A stretch of 64,000 nucleotides of DNA from a virus (lineage: Duplodnaviria > Caudoviricetes). The stretch covers positions 1-64,000 of the IMG/VR virus record IMGVR_UViG_3300029288_003882. One strand, given 5' to 3'. Below the pieces are notes generated by a model, which saw nothing but the letters and a program-made list of their open reading frames with translations, ran no database searches and was not told where the DNA came from. A program made the translations under genes and the position numbers. Of the stretch, positions 46,818 to 55,947 are shown in pieces (position 1 is the stretch's first letter; the number at the start of each line of letters is the position of its first letter).

Positions 46818-47073
46818 CGATGTGCCTCTGTTTTTTATCGTTTACCGCCTTGACAATTCCCACCGCGTTTTCATGATCTAAGATGTCCTTGAACTTGTCG
46901 CAATCGACAGAATGTCCTTCGACATCATACATAGCCATAGCGGTGTTGTTAAGTGATACCAGAATAACAAAAGATTCCTTCTCTATCTTGATATTATTTC
47001 GATATGCGTTCAAAGATTTATCAAGAAAGTATCCGCGTTCCTTTAAAAATTGTTCCGTATCCATAGACATCAC
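46804..47073 (-). CDS. hypothetical protein
   Basis: 89 aa, coupled to neighbours. Confidence 0.6.
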   Translation of the reverse strand: MMSMDTEQFLKERGYFLDKSLNAYRNNIKIEKESFVILVSLNNTAMAMYDVEGHSVDCDKFKDILDHENAVGIVKAVNDKKQRHIDEPV

Positions 47074-47192
47074 TCATGCAACATCGCTCGGTCCGCCAAA
47101 CGCTTCTTTTGGGCGATTAACTTGCATTTAGGGCAAACGTATGCTGTGGTTGTTTCTTGCATCTTAATGCTCTTGCACCGTGGACAATCCAT
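47070..47192 (-). CDS. 40-aa zinc-ribbon microprotein, absent from ORF track
   Basis: Hand translation MDCPRCKSIKMQETTTAYVCPKCKLIAQKKRLADRAMLHE; GGTGA SD. Confidence 0.65.
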   Translation of the reverse strand: MDCPRCKSIKMQETTTAYVCPKCKLIAQKKRLADRAMLHE

Positions 47193-47331
47193 CTTTGTTC
47201 ACCACCTTAACTTCGGCATTCTTTTCGAGATGCAAGATAAGGGTTTCCTTTTCGAATTGTATTCTCGTTACCGTAAAACCTGGCATTTTCAACAACGCCA
47301 ATAAATCGTCTTTCGTATAGATGAGTTGCAT
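47164..47331 (-). CDS. 55-aa microprotein, absent from ORF track
   Basis: MQLIYTKDDLLALLKMPGF...; TATA-like TTATAAA upstream. Confidence 0.55.
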   Translation of the reverse strand: MQLIYTKDDLLALLKMPGFTVTRIQFEKETLILHLEKNAEVKVVNKDGLSTVQEH

Positions 47332-47362
47332 AGATGACAATTTGATTATGAATATATAAAGT

Positions 47363-48355
47363 TTATAATTTTAAACCGTTGACTTCGATATAATGTTTGG
47401 TAAATAAATCGTTGCTATATCTATTTTGGTGTTTTATGAATTCGTCTTTATTGTATTGCTTTATGAAGCGTTCTATTTCTTCGTAAGCGTTCAATATGGA
47501 CAAGTGTTCCCTTTCGCCAAATACGAAGCGCATTTTATCGAACGACACATTATAGGACCTATTATCGATGTTTTGCACGTCGGATATAACGTTCAGGTTC
47601 TTGTTTATCTTCTTTAATTCATCCGCAACCTCCGATATACGCAAGTTGAACGAACCTATATTAATTATTTCCCTCATGCGCATGTGCGGATGCACGACCG
47701 TCTGCACGAAGTATTTGGCGGCATCACGAACATGAACAAACGGGCGCCATTGGTCACCGCCAAAGATATTAATCTTGTTTTCTAAAACGGCGCTTTTGAT
47801 TAATGTATTGATCACCAAATCGAAGCGCATCCTTGGCGAATACCCGAACAATGTGGAAAGCCTGAAAATTTGCCAATCGACATTAATATCCCTATCGGTG
47901 CAAACGATATATTTTTCCACGTCTGCTTTTGTCTTTGCATACAACGACACTGGGTTAATGTCGCTTGTCTCATACAGTTCCATTTCTTCGGAAAACCCAT
48001 AAACAGAACATGACGAAGCGAATAATAATTTTTTTATTTTGTAGTCTTCGGCTAAATCAATAACATTCTTTGACGCTTCGACATTAACTACTCGGGTGTA
48101 TTCTGGACTTATTGAACATGCGGGGTCGCCAACGATGCCTGCAAGAAGTATAACGTTATCTGTTCCTTTCATCACTTTGGCGATCTGGCAAATGTTCGTT
48201 ATATCCCCAGTGATAACTTCTACCTCTTTCGTTGGTTTCGGAATAATCCCATGCATGAACGAATCAAATATTTTTACCCTTTCACCGTTTTGTATTAAGC
48301 CTTCGACGATGCAAGACCCCAGATATCCAGCACCGCCTATTATTAGAGTTACCAT
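47363..48355 (-). CDS. NAD-dependent nucleotide-sugar epimerase/dehydratase (extended SDR)
   Basis: GGAGYLG, FASSCSVYG, YAKTK, RPFVHVRD. Confidence 0.93.
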   Translation of the reverse strand: MVTLIIGGAGYLGSCIVEGLIQNGERVKIFDSFMHGIIPKPTKEVEVITGDITNICQIAKVMKGTDNVILLAGIVGDPACSISPEYTRVVNVEASKNVIDLAEDYKIKKLLFASSCSVYGFSEEMELYETSDINPVSLYAKTKADVEKYIVCTDRDINVDWQIFRLSTLFGYSPRMRFDLVINTLIKSAVLENKINIFGGDQWRPFVHVRDAAKYFVQTVVHPHMRMREIINIGSFNLRISEVADELKKINKNLNVISDVQNIDNRSYNVSFDKMRFVFGEREHLSILNAYEEIERFIKQYNKDEFIKHQNRYSNDLFTKHYIEVNGLKL

Positions 48356-48363
48356 ATAATCAC

Positions 48364-48948
48364 CTACGGGATATTTCCGAATAAAAATATTTTATTTCTA
48401 TCATCTATCTTATATGTTTGTATCGTTGTTATTTCTGAATTTTTATATTTTTCCAAAACTTCATGTTCCGAACTGAAATATCTTACATGCGTATCAGACA
48501 TAAAATTTGGAACGCTTGCGATATATCTTTTGCCTTTGATCTGGTTCATTAAACGCAAATCGTCCCAAATGTGTTCAAGGAATTCAAGCATGACCACGAC
48601 TTCGTATTTACCGAGATTTATTTTGCTTATTGCAGAAAAAACGTCGTCGCATGTGAACTTAAAATATTTATTACGTTGTTTAGCCTGTTCTATTGCAACA
48701 CTTGAAAAGTCCACGCCCATATAATCGACGATACTTGGAATTCCTTCTGCAAATTGACCAGTACCGCATCCTAAATCGAGAATAGATTTGTATGGTCGCA
48801 ATCTAATATAAACGTCTCGCCATATCTTGATATATATCGAAGATTCGTAAGGTGCCGAATAGTCTTTTTTACCTGCGCCCGCATAGTAATCGTTATATTG
48901 TTTTGCGGTAAATTCAGGCAATTCCGCGCCTCCGTTTTGCATCGTCAA
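48364..48948 (-). CDS. class I SAM-dependent methyltransferase
   Basis: ILDLGCGTG, GVDFS, EFLEHI. Confidence 0.88.
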   Translation of the reverse strand: MTMQNGGAELPEFTAKQYNDYYAGAGKKDYSAPYESSIYIKIWRDVYIRLRPYKSILDLGCGTGQFAEGIPSIVDYMGVDFSSVAIEQAKQRNKYFKFTCDDVFSAISKINLGKYEVVVMLEFLEHIWDDLRLMNQIKGKRYIASVPNFMSDTHVRYFSSEHEVLEKYKNSEITTIQTYKIDDRNKIFLFGNIP

Positions 48949-49687
48949 CGACGATCTTCCGCGGGCGCTTGAATTCTTCTGAATTATAATCCCATTTGCT
49001 TGATATATTCGAACCGTGGTGCCAATAGTATTGTATCGGCGTATCTATGAACTTTATTTTATAATTCTCAGACAGGTTCAACCAGAAATCCCACATAAAG
49101 TTCCGATGCACATCGTCCCGAATCTTCCAGTCCTTGATTTCTTTCCACGCTTTCGTTCTTACCAAAGAATTATCGATGACGCAACATGTCTCGAGTAAAA
49201 AGGCAGGGTCAACATAATAACCCTCATTCGCCCGTATGAAGCGTTTTAATGCCTGTGCGGTGATCACCGAATCGAGAGCGGTGAAGTTCTTGTCTGCATT
49301 GATGAAATTACCATAAGCGGCGCCTATTTCTTCGTTTTCTTCAAGCGCATTAAACTCTACCAGTAGTTTATTTGGGAACCAGAATTCGTCGGCTCCGCAG
49401 AAGCAAACATACTTGGTAGGATTTATTTTTAGAATATCGAGACCTTGTTGCAAGCCCGCTCTTGGAATACCTTCTTTATTCCATACTTCGATGCGTGAAT
49501 ATTCGGCACTATATTCGTGGCATATCCTTTTGCATAAATCGGGGTCGTCGCCTGCGTCATCGACGACGATAACCCTTTTGGGCAAAATAAGACCACATTC
49601 GATGGTCCGAAGCATCGTTGGCAACATTAATTCATAATTTCGGCAAGCGATTATTACCGTTATGTCCTCTGTTCTTTGTAATGGCAT
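48914..49687 (-). CDS. glycosyltransferase family 2
   Basis: ITVIIACRN, IVVDDA, GADEFW, DFWLNL. Confidence 0.85.
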   Translation of the reverse strand: MPLQRTEDITVIIACRNYELMLPTMLRTIECGLILPKRVIVVDDAGDDPDLCKRICHEYSAEYSRIEVWNKEGIPRAGLQQGLDILKINPTKYVCFCGADEFWFPNKLLVEFNALEENEEIGAAYGNFINADKNFTALDSVITAQALKRFIRANEGYYVDPAFLLETCCVIDNSLVRTKAWKEIKDWKIRDDVHRNFMWDFWLNLSENYKIKFIDTPIQYYWHHGSNISSKWDYNSEEFKRPRKIVVDDAKRRRGIA

Positions 49688-50783
49688 AGTTAAGCATCTC
49701 GCAGACGTATTTGACATCTGTTAACGTCATGCACACATTGACGGGTAAGGTTAATAATCTTTTCTCAATCACCTGAATTTTTGGGAAGGTATACTTCTGG
49801 TGTTCCGTATATAGGGCGAGACGGTAAATCGGTTGATATTCGACCGTAGTTTCAATATTTTTCATTTTAAGGAATGTTTGTATTTCTTCCCGATTGACAT
49901 CAACGGGCAAGATCACTGTAAAATTATAAACCGTAGTATCGCTGTTTAAGTAATCACGAGCGAACGGCACGGTTAAGCCTGCAATGTTAAGACACCCATA
50001 CATGTATGTTCGACCGAGTTTTGATAAATGCTTTCTAAATCCTGCCAACTTTTCAAGTTGAACCAGACCAATAGCACATTGATATTCCGTCATTGCACAT
50101 TTCCCAGATGGGATAATCACATCGTATTTCCTGATTTCGTCTGCGATACGACCTATCTCACGCATACATCGGATTTTTTTGCTTACAACATCACTATCGG
50201 TAATAACCATACCGCCTTCACCGATAGCCAAAGTCTTCGTTGCGTGAAATGAGAAAACGCTTGCATCGCCCCAGTGACCAGCATAATAACCGAAAGATGT
50301 GGACCCAATTGCGTGAGCGCAATCTTCAATCAAGAAGATGCCTTTTTCCTTGCAAAACGCGGCGATTTTGTTGATGTCTTCGCATATATGCCCTCCGTAA
50401 TGGACGACAACGACCCCGACGACATCATCCGTATATTTGCGCTTGATGTCTTCAAAATCGGCGTTTAAATCCCGTTCGCTTTTAATGTCGTATAATCGAA
50501 CGTTGTGCCCGTTTCTTGTTGCACAATTCACGGTTGAGACGAACGTCATAGCTGGGGCAAGAACTGTTCCTATCTTGAATGATAACGCCCGAACTGCAAG
50601 ATAAAGCCCTTCTGTCGCCGAACAAACAGCGACACCATAATTTTTATGATGCAACTTGGCGATTTTTTCCTCAAATTCTTTCCCTTTATCGTGATGAACA
50701 AGCCATCCGCTTGCGAACACCTCTTTTACCGCCCGCAATTCCTTACTGTCATACTTAAATTGTGCCGTTCGAATCATATCCAT
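49632..50783 (-). CDS. DegT/DnrJ/EryC1/StrS PLP-dependent sugar aminotransferase
   Basis: GKEFE..IA, PAMTFVST, LIEDCAHAIG, VFSFHATKTL..GEGG. Confidence 0.95.
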   Translation of the reverse strand: MDMIRTAQFKYDSKELRAVKEVFASGWLVHHDKGKEFEEKIAKLHHKNYGVAVCSATEGLYLAVRALSFKIGTVLAPAMTFVSTVNCATRNGHNVRLYDIKSERDLNADFEDIKRKYTDDVVGVVVVHYGGHICEDINKIAAFCKEKGIFLIEDCAHAIGSTSFGYYAGHWGDASVFSFHATKTLAIGEGGMVITDSDVVSKKIRCMREIGRIADEIRKYDVIIPSGKCAMTEYQCAIGLVQLEKLAGFRKHLSKLGRTYMYGCLNIAGLTVPFARDYLNSDTTVYNFTVILPVDVNREEIQTFLKMKNIETTVEYQPIYRLALYTEHQKYTFPKIQVIEKRLLTLPVNVCMTLTDVKYVCEMLNYAITKNRGHNGNNRLPKL

Positions 50784-50793
50784 AAAATCGCCT

Positions 50794-52212
50794 CTATTCG
50801 TCGATGATCTTGTTTAGACGTTGCAGGAATCTTCTCAAACCATACTCGAATCTTGTTTTTACCTTTGCGTCTTCGTCGATGTCGCCCGAGTATCCTTTCT
50901 TCATATCTTGAATGCACATTATTATATGGTCGACCTCGTTTAGGCAATTGACATACTCGACGCATTCATCCATCTTATGATTCCAGATCACCTGTTTTCC
51001 TGCGCTCAAGTATTCGAGAACACTTATCGACAATCCGTCCGTATGCGTCAATCTTAGCAACGTTGAGACCTGTGGCATAATCGTCTTCATATCCGACCAC
51101 ATTCCTCCGAGATACGTTGCGTTCGGGTGTTCTACTTTTGAAAAGTTCGCAACATCTACTGGTAGACCGTAGATTAAAAATTTAACTTTCGGACAACCAG
51201 ATATAATCGCATGTAATTTATCCGTTGGACAAATGTTATCATTTCGAATATAAATTCCTACAGTGAATTCGTCTGGCATCGGTGCGTCAAAGAATCTAAA
51301 GGTGTTTGGCAAGATATGAATATCCTTGAAGCCTAATTTTATCAAGCGTTCTTCCATTGCCGAATATTCGCATATCACCCGAGGCGTCATAGGATATTCC
51401 TTGATATTATATTTACCTTCCTCGAGGTAACGAACTTCGGTGCCTGTGAAATAATAATACGGTGTGCATTTGATATTATTTTCACGGAGGGTTTTAAAGA
51501 TGTATCTAACTGGATAATCCACTGGCGGCCAGATTAGAACTTTTGAGTGTTGTTTCAATAGACGAACGGCGTCCAGATCATAACGTTTCGCCAACATCCC
51601 AGTCATTCTACCCATATCTTCGGCAAAGCCGTCGCACCACGAGTATGAGATTAAAATATTGTTCTTCGTGAAAGTATAAACGTGGCACGGACTTGCCACC
51701 TCGAGGTCATCATACAAGCGCCATCCAAATTTCTTGAACAATGCAACGTAATCATGCATAAAGCAATGCTCGTCTGTCTTTTCACATCCTACTGGTTCGG
51801 TGATCACCGCGAATTTAAATAATTCGGTGATTTGCTTGATAACGACCTCAATATTTAGGTCGTTGACATGTTCGAGAACGGTATTGCAAAAGAACAAATC
51901 GAACTGGTTAGGTTTTAGAAATCTTTTCATGTTCGTTAAGGAATCTACTCTAACTGGCACGTTTGGATATCTGTTCTTGCATTCTTGCGCCAACTCGGAC
52001 GATAGTTCTATGCCCATCAATTTCTTTCCTGCGAAGATTCTAAAATAATCTCCGACACCGCATCCTCCATCGATGACAGTGTTAAACTTGATTTGTTGCA
52101 AGATGCCCGCAAGAAGATCACCATGAGCGATGATAGATTCAGATATTTCCTTTGGGTGTTTTGCAATATATTCCTTCGCTCGGTTTTCCCAATATTCTTT
52201 ATCTTGATACAT
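50794..52212 (-). CDS. SAM methyltransferase fused to GT-B-like domain
   Basis: N-term IDGGCGVG, GIELS, TVLEHV; C-term LRLTHTDGLSISVLEYLSAGKQVI. Confidence 0.78.
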   Translation of the reverse strand: MYQDKEYWENRAKEYIAKHPKEISESIIAHGDLLAGILQQIKFNTVIDGGCGVGDYFRIFAGKKLMGIELSSELAQECKNRYPNVPVRVDSLTNMKRFLKPNQFDLFFCNTVLEHVNDLNIEVVIKQITELFKFAVITEPVGCEKTDEHCFMHDYVALFKKFGWRLYDDLEVASPCHVYTFTKNNILISYSWCDGFAEDMGRMTGMLAKRYDLDAVRLLKQHSKVLIWPPVDYPVRYIFKTLRENNIKCTPYYYFTGTEVRYLEEGKYNIKEYPMTPRVICEYSAMEERLIKLGFKDIHILPNTFRFFDAPMPDEFTVGIYIRNDNICPTDKLHAIISGCPKVKFLIYGLPVDVANFSKVEHPNATYLGGMWSDMKTIMPQVSTLLRLTHTDGLSISVLEYLSAGKQVIWNHKMDECVEYVNCLNEVDHIIMCIQDMKKGYSGDIDEDAKVKTRFEYGLRRFLQRLNKIIDE

Positions 52213-52213
52213 A

Positions 52214-53044
52214 TTAACCCCACATTGTATATTTTCCGGATTCGGTATCTACTGCGAATCTGATGCCGTGTCTTCGCAATAGATTTCTTGCCTTCTCGGA
52301 AATTTTAGTAACTTCGCCTTCGATCACCATTAAATCAAAATGGAAATAAGCGTTATCGATTCTATAAGTTAAATCGTCAATCTTTGACCAGATTGTATTA
52401 AGTTCGCCTAAGATTTCTTCAATCATTTTTTCCTGCTCTTTGACTTCGATACGTGGTAATTTTTGTGATAAGAAATCCTTGGGGCGTGCAGGAATACCAA
52501 GCGCAATGCAATTATTTGGAACGTCTCTTGTTACCAAAGAATTTGCACCGATAACGACATTGTTTCCAATGGTGACGCCCGGCATTACCGTCGCATTTGG
52601 AATCCATACTTTGTTTCCTATCCTGACAGGTGCGAACTTGACAGGAAAGCCTTCGATGCAAGACAAATAGGCTCCGTGGGTATAAATGTTAGTGAAACGA
52701 CCAATACCTACTTCGTTGCCTATTATCACTTGTCGGGCGGTATTTATCATCGAATAACTGCCCATATGGAACCAATAACCTATTTTCAAGGATGATAATG
52801 TTTCTTGACAGGAACCACCACCAATCTCTGCGTGATGATTCGAATAGAACTCTCGCCCGATCTGGATATCCCGACCGTGGATTATCGTATCTTTTCCGAT
52901 GATAGAATTTTTCCCAATTTCAAATCTTTCGGTAACTTCTATGTCAACGCCGTCCCGAATTTCGCAATTATCGCCGATAATTAAATTCTTACAATTAATC
53001 TTTGCCGTGGGCGATATGCGAACGTTGTTTCCTATTTTTTGCAT
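52214..53044 (-). CDS. hexapeptide-repeat (left-handed beta-helix) acyltransferase
   Basis: IGNNVRI, IGDNCEI, IGNKVWI, PGVTIGNNVVIGANSLVT.DV, GIPAR. Confidence 0.92.
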   Translation of the reverse strand: MQKIGNNVRISPTAKINCKNLIIGDNCEIRDGVDIEVTERFEIGKNSIIGKDTIIHGRDIQIGREFYSNHHAEIGGGSCQETLSSLKIGYWFHMGSYSMINTARQVIIGNEVGIGRFTNIYTHGAYLSCIEGFPVKFAPVRIGNKVWIPNATVMPGVTIGNNVVIGANSLVTRDVPNNCIALGIPARPKDFLSQKLPRIEVKEQEKMIEEILGELNTIWSKIDDLTYRIDNAYFHFDLMVIEGEVTKISEKARNLLRRHGIRFAVDTESGKYTMWG

Positions 53045-53236
53045 AACGTCAAAATCAAAGTATGTTAATAAAAATCTTTCTTTCGGTTGAACGACGCAAA
53101 AAACTAAATAACTTGATGTCGTTGTATGACTATGGCACGGCTATCTTGGTCATATCTCTTCCATTAAAACCCTCTTTCAAATCCGTGCCGCGGCGGGTAT
53201 GTATGCCAATGCGTACCCGCCTCAATTTTTAATCGA

Positions 53237-53373
53237 TTCCTTGGATGACGCTTGGAACTGGATGCTTCATTTTAAGGTTTCCAATCTGCTGGATATTGTA
53301 GTTCCGCACGTTGGGCTACAAAGAGTATATATACTGGTATTGTGATTATCTATACAATGGAAGTGGACAAATG
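53237..53373 (+). promoter_or_regulatory. early promoter motif, copy 2, with upstream imperfect palindrome
   Basis: TTCCTTGGAT..GCTTGGA, then TGTAGTTCC..GGGCTACA-AAGAG-TATATATA..ATGGAAGTGGACAAATG. Confidence 0.78.
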
Positions 53374-53487
53374 CAAGCGACAAACAAAATATCGGCAATG
53401 TTCGAAGCGATTGCGACGAACGACGGGCTCTGGGAAATGCTCTTCAAGATCGACAACATAATCGCCTTTTCAAACGGAGGAATATAA
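53371..53487 (+). CDS. 38-aa early microprotein, absent from ORF track
   Basis: MQATNKISAMFEAIATNDGLWEMLFKIDNIIAFSNGGI; ATG at end of conserved leader. Confidence 0.55.
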   Translation: MQATNKISAMFEAIATNDGLWEMLFKIDNIIAFSNGGI

Positions 53488-53488
53488 A

Positions 53489-53821
53489 ATGGTAGCAATC
53501 GGAGAAATATACGAAACAAGCTGGGGATATGACATGACGCACAACGATTTCCTACAAATCGTTGCCGTATCGAAGACTGGAAAAACCGTCACTTGCAAGA
53601 TGATAAAGAGCAAGAAGTTGACAGGCGGCGGATATTCGGGCGAAGAAATCGCCTTGCCCAACGAATTCGTGGGCAAAGAATTCCGCATGAACGTTCGGGA
53701 AGATCGCCTGCGCGGACAATACCCGTACTGCGCCCACGTCATAGATAACGATTCATCGAAGCGCATGGGTTCGTTCAAGTTATGGGACGGAAAAGCGACA
53801 TACTACAACACGGTGGACTAA
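53489..53821 (+). CDS. SH3-like hypothetical phage protein
   Basis: IGEIYETSWGYDMT..DFLQIV..S.TGK.V pattern recalled from phage hypotheticals; GGAGG SD. Confidence 0.7.
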   Translation: MVAIGEIYETSWGYDMTHNDFLQIVAVSKTGKTVTCKMIKSKKLTGGGYSGEEIALPNEFVGKEFRMNVREDRLRGQYPYCAHVIDNDSSKRMGSFKLWDGKATYYNTVD

Positions 53822-53823
53822 AC

Positions 53824-54270
53824 ATGTTCGAATACGAGTGGATAGACAGCTTTGGGGGCTCCGTCAAAGTCAAGGTTACGACGGAAAGGGGAACAGTGAC
53901 CATCGACGTGCTCGATTTGATTGATGCATTCAAGCGAGCAAAGAAGGACAAGGACGACGGCGACGACATGCTTTATCTTCTTGAATCGTTCGCCGAGTTC
54001 AACGATGACGAAGAGGACGAAGACGACGAAGGCGAAGAGGAATATAACAACGCAATCGCCGAAGAGGACAAGCGCATCGACGAAGAGGAAGAGCGAATGA
54101 AGAACGACAAGAAGACAAACGAAGCACCTAAACCCGACGACATGACCGAACTACATTGCAACGATTGTGGCGCACCGATGACCTACGAGGAGTCCAAAAA
54201 CGGTGTATGCTTCGATTGTGCGAACAACGAAGACGAAGAGGACGCAAAGGACGAAAAGGAGGAATCATAA
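53824..54270 (+). CDS. highly acidic protein with C-terminal zinc finger
   Basis: NDDEEDEDDEGEEEY; CNDCG...CFDC; GGTGG SD. Confidence 0.72.
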   Translation: MFEYEWIDSFGGSVKVKVTTERGTVTIDVLDLIDAFKRAKKDKDDGDDMLYLLESFAEFNDDEEDEDDEGEEEYNNAIAEEDKRIDEEEERMKNDKKTNEAPKPDDMTELHCNDCGAPMTYEESKNGVCFDCANNEDEEDAKDEKEES

Positions 54271-54587
54271 TGGGAAACATGTCTTACTGCAGGATGCAAA
54301 ACACATACCACGACCTTCGGGATGTCGAAGAACATATCAACGACGACGACATGAGCAAAGACGAACTAAGCGCAAGAGAAAATATAATTTCTTTGTGCAA
54401 GAGAATCATTGACAACGCCGTACCCGCCGACGAACTAAACAACAACGCAACAAAGAAGAAAGAACTGGAAGACGAGTACGATTTGTTGATGCACGAGAAA
54501 TCCGGAAAGACCGAAGCACAACAAAAAGAAATCGAAAAGCGCATGTGCCAGATCGAAGAGGAACTGAACGACATAACAGGTGAGTAA
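54270..54587 (+). CDS. conserved-type phage hypothetical protein
   Basis: MGNMSYCRMQNT..DL.D N-terminus; GGAGG SD; TAATG overlap. Confidence 0.72.
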   Translation: MGNMSYCRMQNTYHDLRDVEEHINDDDMSKDELSARENIISLCKRIIDNAVPADELNNNATKKKELEDEYDLLMHEKSGKTEAQQKEIEKRMCQIEEELNDITGE

Positions 54588-54816
54588 AATGGGAACGGCG
54601 ATGATTGTCAAAACATACGAGGCTTGGTTAAATCAGGCGAAAGATGCACAAAAGAAACTCGAGGAATGCGGTGCTAAGAACTTAAACGAATTCAACGAAA
54701 AGGACCACCAGAACTTTTGCAAGTTGATAGAAGCATTGTATGCCCTCAAAGTGCCGATAGACCAAGATTTGATGCAAAAAGCCGAGATGCGCCCCGTCGA
54801 TGAATTGTTTTCATAA
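54580..54816 (+). CDS. hypothetical early protein
   Basis: AGGTGA SD; start 54580 or 54589. Confidence 0.65.
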   Translation: MSKMGTAMIVKTYEAWLNQAKDAQKKLEECGAKNLNEFNEKDHQNFCKLIEALYALKVPIDQDLMQKAEMRPVDELFS

Positions 54817-54825
54817 TCGGGGCGT

Positions 54826-54836
54826 ATTTTTTTTCT
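54826..54836 (+). terminator. oligo-T archaeal terminator
   Basis: T run directly after last gene of + strand island. Confidence 0.5.
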
Positions 54837-55069
54837 CAAAATCCCAATAGTCTTAAATAAACGTGCCACGGACAACCTTCTTCTGCATAAGCGCATACAA
54901 CAGATGGCGACACCGTTCCATCTGGGGAAATTGTATGATCATCTATCGTCTCGATTTTGTTGCAACAACCACACCTAACAACGGTAGACTTTTTACCGTA
55001 TGCATTTGTCCAATAAGTCCATTCGCCCACATCTGGGAACTTTTTATCGGTCTTTTTTAATTCTATCAT
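54836..55069 (-). CDS. small Cys/His metal-binding protein
   Basis: CGCC...HTISPDGTVSPSVVC....CPWH. Confidence 0.62.
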   Translation of the reverse strand: MIELKKTDKKFPDVGEWTYWTNAYGKKSTVVRCGCCNKIETIDDHTISPDGTVSPSVVCAYAEEGCPWHVYLRLLGF

Positions 55070-55301
55070 AACATATCCCCATGAGCGTCTTCGTATCGAC
55101 AATGCCATCTATCGTTCGTATGTTATCTATCACGATTTGCTGAAGTTCTTGCATATCTTTGGCGGTGATCTTGGCAAGAAAGTCAAATTCTGAAAATATA
55201 GGATAACATTCATCAATTTTATTTTCTGATTTTAACGCATTGAAGACGAAATATTCCTTTTCCGTTTTCACCTTTATCAAGACGAACCCAATAACTGTCA
55301 T
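55044..55301 (-). CDS. stand-alone Lrp/AsnC ligand-binding (RAM) domain
   Basis: GFVLIKV...V...L.....ECYPIFSEFDFLAKI....L..IV...IRTIDGIVDTKTL; no HTH. Confidence 0.88.
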   Translation of the reverse strand: MTVIGFVLIKVKTEKEYFVFNALKSENKIDECYPIFSEFDFLAKITAKDMQELQQIVIDNIRTIDGIVDTKTLMGICYDRIKKDR

Positions 55302-55858
55302 GGGTGATTATATGTCTTCGTTATTATTTCAATCTTTCGAATCGCCATAAAGATGTTATCAACTACAATAACCGGAAAATGAAGATTCAAGGCATCTTCT
55401 GCAACTTCGCTACCACATCCCGTGCGGACGAGGATAGTCCTGCAACCAGCAGAATGTCCAGATCGAAGGTCAGAAATAGTATCGCCTATCATAAAAGATT
55501 TCTGCATATCTATGAGTAGGTATTTTTTTGCTTCGTTGAGTAAATACGGCTTTGGTTTTCTACATGCGCAGGCAATAGCCGTATCGTGAAAACAATAATA
55601 GAACTTATCGATTGTGGTGCCATATTCCTTAAGTTCTTCTTGCATTGCGTTCTCAAATTTTAAAACGTCTTCGATGGTGTAGTATCCGCGACCTACACCA
55701 GATTGATTCGATACGACGATCACCAAAAAGCCCATATCGTGGGCGAACTTTATGGCAGCCTTTGCGCCAGGCAAAAATTTCAAGTCTTCTATTTTGTAGG
55801 TATGCCCGTCGTCTTGCGTTATCGTTCCGTCTCGGTCTAAAAATATGGCTTGTTGCAT
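55298..55858 (-). CDS. gmhB: HAD phosphatase of GmhB/HisB-N type
   Basis: FLDRDGT, VSNQSG..RGY, C.CRKP.P, MIGD..SD. Confidence 0.88.
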   Translation of the reverse strand: MQQAIFLDRDGTITQDDGHTYKIEDLKFLPGAKAAIKFAHDMGFLVIVVSNQSGVGRGYYTIEDVLKFENAMQEELKEYGTTIDKFYYCFHDTAIACACRKPKPYLLNEAKKYLLIDMQKSFMIGDTISDLRSGHSAGCRTILVRTGCGSEVAEDALNLHFPVIVVDNIFMAIRKIEIITKTYNHP

Positions 55859-55947
55859 CAAAGAACTTATTTCAAAACGAATAAATAAACTTGTATGCAA
55901 GGTCACCGATATTAAAATTTAAATAAAGATAAATCGATGTTGCGCTT

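Noticed and set aside
53134-53189. tRNA suggested by 7-bp GGCACGG/CCGTGCC acceptor-like stem
   Set aside because: Only 56 nt, with no convincing D, anticodon or T arms; kept only as a generic hairpin. No tRNA was recognised elsewhere.
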